Shown here piece by piece: positions 11,101 to 19,600 of a stretch of DNA of 64,000 bases (position 1 is the first letter of the stretch; each line of letters starts with the position of its first letter). Source of the stretch: a virus (taxonomy: Duplodnaviria; Caudoviricetes); IMG/VR virus record IMGVR_UViG_3300024255_000023, positions 523 through 64,522 of that record; one strand, written 5' to 3'. The notes beneath the pieces are model-generated. The model searched no databases. It worked only from the letters and a program-made list of their open reading frames with translations, and was not told the origin of the DNA. The position numbers and the translations under genes were made by a program.

Positions 11101-12918
11101 TCAAAGAGCTTTTCAACTGACTCTATTATAATTAAAGACAACTATATTGAAGCAGCAGATACTAATGCAAATTTAGATTTACGTGCTAATGGCACCGGTG
11201 TTATAAACATACCATCTAATAACTTAAAAGTTGATCAAGATTTTACTATATCTGGTACAAGTGATTTACAAGATACAACTATTATAGGTAACGTCACTCA
11301 AACAGGTAACACAACACAAACGGGTAATATTAATTTAACTGGTAATTTAGGTATTACTGGAAATGTTACAGTTTCTGGAGTGTCACAGTTTGAAAATATT
11401 AAAATTGAAACAAATTATATTACAACTACAGACACTAATTCAAATTTAGAATTACGTGCTACTGAATACGGTGATGTATTAATTCCGTCTAATGATGTTG
11501 TTATTAACAACGATTTAACAGTTACCGGAACAATTAGTGTTGGCAATGTAACTTCGTTGGGCACAATTACTGCAAATAGATTTAGTACAGGTGATATTTT
11601 AATTGATGATAATTTTATTACTACAACAGTATCAAGTAGTGATTTAGAATTACGTGCTAACGGAACTGGTGAAGTTATTGTACCTACTAACAATGTTGTA
11701 GTTGAACAAAACTTAACAGTAGAAGGTCAAACTAATTTAAAAAATATAACAGTTACAGGTGATATTACTCATACAGGTGATGTAACACAAACTGGTAATA
11801 TCAATTTAACTGGTAACTTAGATGTCACTGGCGAAGTTATTATTAGTGCAAGTGTTATACAATTTGAACAGATACAATTATCCGGTAATTCTATTACAAC
11901 AACTGAAACTAGTGCAGACTTAGAACTACGTGCTAATGGCACTGGTCAAATATTAATACCAAATAACAATGTTGAAATTACAAATAACTTAGCAGTTGAC
12001 GGAGTACTTAGTGTAGGAAATATTACAAGTACAGGTACTATTACATCAAATAGTTTTTCAACTGGTGACATTTTAATTGATGATAATTTTATTACTACAA
12101 CAGTATCAAGTAGTGATTTAGAACTTAGAACAAATGGTACAGGTTCAGTAATCATTGACGACTTTGATATTAACGGGTCAACAATTACAACTACTGGTGA
12201 AATTAATCTTACACCAGGAAACGGAATAATTAATTTAAATGCAACAGGAGCAGTAAAACTTCCTGTAGGCAACACAACAGATCGTCCAGCAGGGGTAGCT
12301 GGACACCTTAGATACAATAATCAGTTAAACCGCTTTGAAGGATACAACGGTACTAATTGGATAAATCTTAAAGGAGTTGAAGACTTAGACGGTGACACTA
12401 AAGTTACTGCTGAATTAACTGAAGGCGCAAATGATGGTATAATTAGATTTGATATTCAAGGCTCGACTATAGTTACTATCGATGATCAAAAATTAACAGC
12501 ACCGCAAATTAATGTAGATGATATTCAAATTAACGGAAACGTAATTGAAACAACATCAACTAATACTAATCTTAGCTTAACAGCTAACGGAACAGGCTCA
12601 GTAACATTTGATAACTTTGCATTCAAAGACAACACTATAACAAATACTGTTACAAATAGTATAACAACATTTGAGAATACTGGAAACGGTTATGTAAAAT
12701 TTGACGGACCGTATGGTATAGTTTTACCGTCAGGTGGAACAGGAGAAAGACCACCTTTTGCGTATACAGAAACTGGTCAAATGAGATTTAACACTGATGA
12801 TCAACGTGTAGAAATTTGGGACGGAACTAACTGGGTATCAGTTGCTGGTGCCGGCGCAGGTATTACAAGATCAGACGCAGAAGAAATTGCACTATCAACA
12901 GTGCTGGTATTAGGATAA
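8155..12918 (+). CDS. giant virion/tail-fibre protein (1587 aa), paralog of 3005
   Basis: MAVGRISGPLL; YYVAQNGND, PGDYTE, SPYIRNIT and SVDHKGDFRVGD motifs; repeated DDNFITTT...DLELRANGTG units. Confidence 0.8.
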   Translation: MAVGRISGPLLKSNLIRNGIDLAFETDLLYLDVNNQRIGVKNSAPAYEVDVTGTTQTTDLIVTNQSTLGDIQVVGNTISTTQPYLNIATFDTVVSLNRLKVDSINIEGNAISTNNDDSSADVNLELRPNGTGSVDVHSDMNVTGDIYASGNITADGNINIGDANTDNVIFNAEVASAIIPDLNNTYDLGSNPDTSGKEWANVYVNNLESSAINTVDLTVQGIDLTQRYGNIYYVAQNGNDANTGTHLLDPVATIKYALSLATAGDTVFIYPGDYTEIFPLTIPQGVTLKGESIRSVIVRPTTQTRYNDAVLLNGESTVEDLTLTGFQSGGNFYSRTYTDSTNPFFIVQAGTAPFAHTYVSGGTVTADGTTYNVTAGTTYNEATGFLTVYHDGPNNWPLANPFISGLSFSCNGDTRTFPDNGYAFRYATDYTATSRSPYIRNITVITTGTTVSALDPRGFDAGDAGKGAYIDGAYGTASSVNTALLFHSATFITPGVDAITMTNGARVEWLNSFTYFANRSMFAFDSKGGQRYAGKTKLTLAGITGTFTQGNTLTITSSDASTVLTGTISSVDGNDVYVSGYLELDGFDLTPQSITDGSATATTISSFDLREFGAEVRLIASASVYGNFGLVGNGPGVIMYAIGQNLAYIGNGKEVTNETESVIQANEIVETNGAKIRYNSVDHKGDFRVGDLFYVNQETGNVTFAVSEFEINTTNGVSFTTGANTTFVDGNKIETGDWRISGNKLETLTQDAEFEAANGIINLKSDVNVEGSLDVTGNVTIGGNITIGDEASDTIQIVAGIDSDIIPKTASTYTLGSASKTWSELFTDKVNVDDIQITDNFITTTVTSSNLELRANGTGKVIVPSNDFEISQGFVVSGTTTLAGTNITGTVTHAGANNQTGDTSVTGNVTVTENLDVTGAAQFEEILVDDNYITTTTTSADLELRANGTGKILVPNNDVEITNNLTVDGTISATNTTATSIISKSFSTDSIIIKDNYIEAADTNANLDLRANGTGVINIPSNNLKVDQDFTISGTSDLQDTTIIGNVTQTGNTTQTGNINLTGNLGITGNVTVSGVSQFENIKIETNYITTTDTNSNLELRATEYGDVLIPSNDVVINNDLTVTGTISVGNVTSLGTITANRFSTGDILIDDNFITTTVSSSDLELRANGTGEVIVPTNNVVVEQNLTVEGQTNLKNITVTGDITHTGDVTQTGNINLTGNLDVTGEVIISASVIQFEQIQLSGNSITTTETSADLELRANGTGQILIPNNNVEITNNLAVDGVLSVGNITSTGTITSNSFSTGDILIDDNFITTTVSSSDLELRTNGTGSVIIDDFDINGSTITTTGEINLTPGNGIINLNATGAVKLPVGNTTDRPAGVAGHLRYNNQLNRFEGYNGTNWINLKGVEDLDGDTKVTAELTEGANDGIIRFDIQGSTIVTIDDQKLTAPQINVDDIQINGNVIETTSTNTNLSLTANGTGSVTFDNFAFKDNTITNTVTNSITTFENTGNGYVKFDGPYGIVLPSGGTGERPPFAYTETGQMRFNTDDQRVEIWDGTNWVSVAGAGAGITRSDAEEIALSTVLVLG
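11596..12123 (+). repeat. 54-nt exact direct repeat (11596-11649 = 12070-12123)
   Basis: ATTTTAATTGATGATAATTTTATTACTACAACAGTATCAAGTAGTGATTTAGAA occurs twice. Confidence 0.85.
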
Positions 12919-12922
12919 AGAT

Positions 12923-13252
12923 ATGGCAACAACATTTAAAAACGTAGTAGTAGCAAACGTAGGAACAGAACGTACCGAAATAATAGCAACTAACGATAAT
13001 GCTAGAGTAACTGTAGTTGGCTTTAGTTTAGCAAATTTAACCGAAGGTGTTATTTTAGTCGACATTGAATTACAAGATGATGCTAGTGTTACTGGATATT
13101 ATGCTAAAGAATTAATTGTTCCGCCAAATACAAGTTTAAGAGTACTAAACGGTGGCGAGAAATTAATACTTACACCAAATAATAATTTATATGTAAAAAC
13201 TAATGTTAGCGATGCTGTTGACGTTATTTTAAGTACAGTAGAAATACTTTAA
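12923..13252 (+). CDS. small beta-rich virion protein (paralog of 1947 and 33742)
   Basis: VTVVGFSLAN...IVPPNTSL...EKLILTPNNNL pattern. Confidence 0.75.
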   Translation: MATTFKNVVVANVGTERTEIIATNDNARVTVVGFSLANLTEGVILVDIELQDDASVTGYYAKELIVPPNTSLRVLNGGEKLILTPNNNLYVKTNVSDAVDVILSTVEIL

Positions 13253-13263
13253 GGAGATAAGGA

Positions 13264-13644
13264 ATGGCATCAACACATTATGTAGGACAAACTCCAAGTA
13301 TAACAGAACTACTTGGAACAGGACAACCGAGATACTTTTATGCATTACGCAGAGAAGAAGACGGAACATTATATTTTGCAAAAATTGATCAGTTAAAAGA
13401 TACTGATACAATTACAGTTAATAACCCCGGAGCATCAATAGATGACTTTACAGAGTTTGAATATGGCGTAGACTTTTTTGATGGACGTTTAGAAATTGAT
13501 CACAGTCGTCCGTACGATAACTTGCAATGGGATCAATATCGTTGGGATAATAAAAATATGTATTATTATGTAAATTCCGAAGGCGAATTAGTAGTTAGAA
13601 TTAATCAGTCATACGCTTATGACCCAAGTCAGATAGTGTCATAA
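13264..13644 (+). CDS. hypothetical protein, probably virion-associated
   Basis: AAGGA SD; aromatic-rich 126 aa ORF in the structural block. Confidence 0.7.
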   Translation: MASTHYVGQTPSITELLGTGQPRYFYALRREEDGTLYFAKIDQLKDTDTITVNNPGASIDDFTEFEYGVDFFDGRLEIDHSRPYDNLQWDQYRWDNKNMYYYVNSEGELVVRINQSYAYDPSQIVS

Positions 13645-13647
13645 ATA
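13640..13647 (+). promoter_or_regulatory. late promoter CATAAATA
   Basis: Overlaps the stop codon, upstream of the giant virion gene. Confidence 0.7.
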
Positions 13648-13675
13648 CGTAAAATGAATCAAGGAACCGCATAGA

Positions 13676-16600
13676 ATGTCAGAATTTAAAATTAGTAGAT
13701 TAAGATTTAGTTGGGTAGGTAATTGGCAAGACCAATACGTATACAACAAAGATGAAATTGTTCAATACGAAGGTAAAGCATATGTTTGTTTAATACCTCA
13801 CACATCTAATGCATTTTATAGTGATTTAGGCGCTGTTGAACCTAAATGGGAACTAATGATGACAGGCCAAACGTGGAAAGGTCCTTGGTCACAGTTCCAG
13901 CAGTATTCACTAGATAACATTGTAATTTTTGGTGGTGTTGTTTATAAATGTAACGAACAGCATCTCAGCGGTAGCATCATTGATCCTGACATTGATAAAT
14001 GGGATACCTATGCTGAATCTAAAACTTGGAAAAGTGAATGGACATCAAGTACAACATACGGTCCGGGTGATATTGTAAACTATGGTGGTTCATCGTATGA
14101 GTGTATTATAGCACATGTTTCAGCTGAAACTGATTTACTAGGATTAGAAGACGACTATACTGCGATTGACGACAGTACAGAAAAGTTTTGGAAAGTTGCA
14201 CAAGAAGGCGTTCAATGGCGTGGTGACTTTGCAACATCAACTGAAGATAGTTCTACACTAAGATATAAGTTAAACGATCTTGTAAGATACGGGCCAAGCA
14301 TTTATAAATGTAATTGGGGTCACGCTCCGTCAATATTAGGTGAGTTATCAGATGAATTTTACTATGCTGGTCAAATTAAAGATGACGGACGCCATGGAGA
14401 AATATTTGATAGAAGTATTGAAGTAAACGGATTAAAACTTGTTGCCGCAACAAATATTGGCGGACAAATTGCAGTACCAGACGAATGGCTTAGAAAAACT
14501 GCAAGGGCAGTACAGTTATTAACTGATCCTGATAGTATCGGAATTAATGCTGAATATCAAAAGAATTTAATAAAAACACTAAGAGGAGACATTGGAACTC
14601 CACATGCTGGAATTCCAGCTGCCCAGCGTATTGCTTACGGTAGTGGCGATAGTTATACTCCAAATTGGTTACAGGATGCAAACGTAAGTAGTTATACAGG
14701 ATATCAGTATTTCTTAGATAGTCATGTAGTTAATGACATGGTTTGGTATAAAAATACAAGTGGTCCTAATCCTTCAGTTGGTGACAGAGATATTGAAGAA
14801 ATCTTAGAACACTTAATGCACACAATACACTTGTTTGGTATTCCAGGAGCAGTTCCGGGTGCCGACTTAGCAATAGCAGTGCAAGCTCAAGAAAATCCAG
14901 ACTTCCAAACAACTGATTTACATGTTGCAATGATCGAAGCAATGAACGCAGGAGTATTTAATCCTAGCGAGTATGTGACTGTAATTGCAACAGAAGATCC
15001 TGAATCACTTCTTACAACATATAGTATTACAGATGCTGAACAAGCTGAAATAGCATACAAGGAATATTTGTATTTACTAAACTGGTCTATGTGGGAAATG
15101 TCAGAGTTTTGGAATGGCGGAAGTCTTTCTCCTGAATGGACACTAATAGATCAGTTAGGCGTTCAAGAGAATAATCCATTAGGTTATGCATTGTTTAATA
15201 CTTATATTCAACCAGTTTTATCAAAGCCTAATTTTGTTACATTAAGAAATATTTTTCAAAATGGTGATTTAGGAGTATCAGGATATCAACCAGATATAAC
15301 TGACAACTTAGCCGGCGACGAAGGAACTTGGGTTAAAAGTTATTGGGATTTATGGCTACCGGGGTTAGATTACGAAAACGTTTGGAGCAATAACTCAATT
15401 TATCAACCAGGCGACATTGTACTATACGGTGGATACTTATTCCAGTCAATAGTAATTAATAACATAGGTAATACACCTTCAACAACATACGGTGAAGATT
15501 CAACTGATGCATGGGAATTAGTTAGTAAAGCATTTGATGTAGAAGGTATATGGGATAATGTAACTCCTTATAAAATTGGTAGTGTTGTAACATACGGCGG
15601 TGATTTATATGTTGCATTAGTCGACAGTCAAGGTGTTAATCCTGGAAACTCTGTAATCACAGCACCATACGAAGCTGAAGATTCAGCAGGTACACGATTA
15701 CAAGTTAACTTTGGTGACTCGGTATCAGCAAACTCGATTACTATTGGTATGACCGTAACTGGAGAAGGCTTTGCTAGTGGCCAAACAGTTGAAGCAGTAA
15801 GTGTAGATAATGACTCATCTAATGCTTCACAAATTGCTACAATAACACTTAGTCATGCACCAGACGGCACAATAACAGACGAAGCACTAATAACATTTGC
15901 AGGCGCAAAAGCAGGTTACTGGGAAGTAATGATTCCAGGATTTAGTTGGGAAGGTCGTTGGAATACAGATATAGTATACAATATTGATGATATTGCATAT
16001 TACGGAAATGCAACATATTATTGCTTAAGAGAGCACACATCTTCGCTAGTTAATAGACCTGATTATGATTTACAAAATACATACTGGACTATGTACTTAC
16101 AACATGATCAAAGAAACATTTTAACTACTCCAGGCGAAATGATAACAAGAGATAGTAGTGAAAACACTACATTAGCTATTGGCGAACAAAATAGTATTTT
16201 AAAAGTAATTGACGGACTACCAACTTGGAGTGACTTAGACTTTACACCAAATGTTTACTATGTTGCAACAAACGGTATTGATGCTATTGGGCGCGGTACA
16301 ACACCAGATACTGCATGGAGATCAGTTAACTATGCATGTGCTAATGTTTTAGAAGGAACACTTCAACAAAATGCAAAAGTACTATTAGAAAAGAATAAAG
16401 AATTTATTGTTCAAGAAGCATTTAACTGGTTCTTATATCAACAGAATGAAGGCGCTGATCCTTTTGTATCATCATATGATTTTGATAATACTAAAGTAAT
16501 AAGAGATGCAAGACAAATAGTAGATGCAGTAACACGAGATTTAATACGTGGCGGCAACTGTAATACTGTTGCAGCAGCGTTATCATACTTTGATTTAGAA

Positions 16601-19600
16601 AGTACAAACAGATTTACAAATGATTCAGTTGCTGAACAGAGATTGTTTTTCCAAGTATTTTTTGTAGAACTATTTAATTTAATAGAACTATCATTAACTA
16701 ATACAATTCCAGCAGTAAACTATCAACAGCTCGAAGCAGACAGAATTGGCATTAACGATTTAGATCCAGGAGAGGTGGCATTTGCTGCTCAATGGTTTAA
16801 TAGTTCTCTTACACTAGAAAGTGATACATTAACAGTAGTTAATGCACTTGAAAGAATTTATTTAGAGTCTTTTGCTGCAGGATCTCCTGATACAATTCCG
16901 CCAGCAAACGAATCAGCATATTCAACTATTTTTATTAGAGCAGGTACATACGACGAACAAATACCAATTCTAATTCCAGCAAATACAGCACTTAACGGAG
17001 ACGAATTGCGTGGTACTACTATTCAACCGGCAACTCCAATTAACACACTTTGTACTCGTACACAAGGTGATGTGAACTTGTTTACTGTAGGATCTACATT
17101 AAATATGGAAAATAATACTCCAGTACAGTTTGTATCATTAAACCCAGTTGATGAGATTAGTACAATACTAGGCGGTGTAACAGCAGGACAAACTTATTAT
17201 GTAATTGGAAGTTCAATTACTCCTACAACATTTTCAGTAGCAGAAACTAAAGATGCAACTCAAGCAGATTCAGTTGATATAACAACTAATATTGGTAATA
17301 TGTATGTTTACGGCGGCGAAGCATTACACGATATGTTCCATGTAAGAAATGCTACAGGTATTAGAAATATGACTGTTAAAGGTCTACGTGGTACACTAAC
17401 AGCAGAAAATGAATTCTTAACAAGACGCCCAACAGGCGGAGCTTATGTAGCACTTGATCCGGGTGAAGGACCAGATGATACAAGAGCTTGGATCACATAC
17501 AAATCACCATACGTGCAAAATGTAACAACATTTGGTACAGGATGTACAGGCATGAAAATTGATAGTACATTGCATAACGGCGGCAACCGATCAATGGTGT
17601 CAAACGACTTTACACAAATTTTATCAGATGGTATTGGTATTTGGTGTAAAGGCGGCGATGCATTAACAGAAGCTGTTTCGGTGTTCTCATACTACGGGTA
17701 CGCAGGTTACTTTGCTGAAGATGGTGCAAAAATGAGAGCTACAAACGGTAACAGTTCGTATGGTACATACGGTTGTGTTGCTGAAGGATTTGATATTTCA
17801 GAGACACCTGCTGTTGGTACAATTAATAACACATCGGGCGAAGCTACAGCACAAGCAGTTAGTGCATTAGGCGCAAATGCTGAGATTTTGAAAATTCAGT
17901 ATACACACGCAGGCGAGCAATACTATTCTAAAACAACTAACTATTTGAAAGAAAGTAATAATTTAATTTCAACTGAATGGGAAAATGACAGTAATGTAAC
18001 TATTATTAGAGCTCCGACAACTCCGTATGAAAATGAGTTTGCTTGGAAAATTACAGGTAATACTTCGTTGTCAAACAGTGCGTATTTTTGGCAAGATGTT
18101 AGTGTTAGTCCGCAAGGTAGAACATATACTAATGTAGCAGGTATTAACATTAGTGGTTCAGGTATTAATGCTACGTTTAACGTAACTGTAAATAGTGATG
18201 CGTATCAAGTGTCAGTAAATAACGGCGGCGAAAGTTATGTTGTTGGAAACCAAATAACATTATCAGGTAAGTCCTTTGGCGGACGTTCTCCTGAAAACGA
18301 TATTATAGTTTCAGTTGACGAATTGGCAATTACTGCGGTACAACAAATATCTTTTGTAGGAACTGTGCCAGAAGGATCTGCACTAGGATACAATGTAAGT
18401 ATACATGCTAAAAAAGGCGACTCGAGCTACATTGACTTAGGTACTGAATTTTCTGGCAACACGCTAGTTGAAACATCAGTAAGATTTAATTTTGATACTG
18501 GTGCTTTTACAAGTTTAGAAGGCGCTGGGCTTGTATTAGCATCGAATTTAAGGGCAGACTTTTTAGAAGAAGGATGGTATCGACTATCATTTAAAGTTGT
18601 AGACACAACAGCACTTAACACACAGTTGCGAATGAAAGTATATCCAAGAGGTACGGACGGTATTACAGGTTCAACAAGTTTTTATGGAGCACAAATAACT
18701 ACAAGTGATAATGTACAGTTCTTTATAGAGACTACTAATAATACTCCAACAGGATACGCTAATATTAAAGTTACTGGTGCTGGCAATGGCATTAAAGTAC
18801 AAGCAGACGAGTTGAGAACAGGATCAATATTCCAAGCACGATTACTAGAAACAGCAGATGTAAGACTAGGCGGGTTAGGGTACAAGATACAAACAAACAA
18901 TGCACAAACTGGTACTACTGAATACTTGACATTAGCAGGATCAGAAGTTGCTACAGCAGCAGAATATGAAGGCACAAGGCTAGTTGTACAATCAGGGTTA
19001 GGTGCTGGACAGTACGGTATAATTGCAGACTATGATGTAACAAGTAAGCAGGCAACTATTGTTAAGGAATCTTTTGATCCACAAGAAATTGTAGCAAGTA
19101 CAGCAACTGATAATAGACTAACAATTAGTTCTGATTCAGCAAATCAATTCTTTAATGTATACGAAGGACAGAAAATACAATTTACACCAACATTCTATGA
19201 TATTGATATAAACAGTATATCACAAAGTGGAATTAGTGTAGTTGGTACGTTAGGTAATTTAAACAACTATATGTACGTAACTACTACTACAAGATTACGT
19301 GTTGGACAAAAAATTAACTTTAGTGGAACACCGTTTGGTGGAGTAATTATAGGATTTGACTATTATATTATTGATGTAATAGATGATCAAGCTATACAAA
19401 TATCAACATCACAGGGTGGTGCAGTGTGGCCTCTTTCAAATGTTAATATTGAAGATCCTGATGATTCTCCAATAACATTTACTGGCGAAATTCCAAACTT
19501 TACATTAAACTATCCTGATGATACTGGATATCTTAAAGCAGATACCACTACTAATATGGTAACCACGTTGCCAATACAGTTTACAGGAACGTCACTGGGC

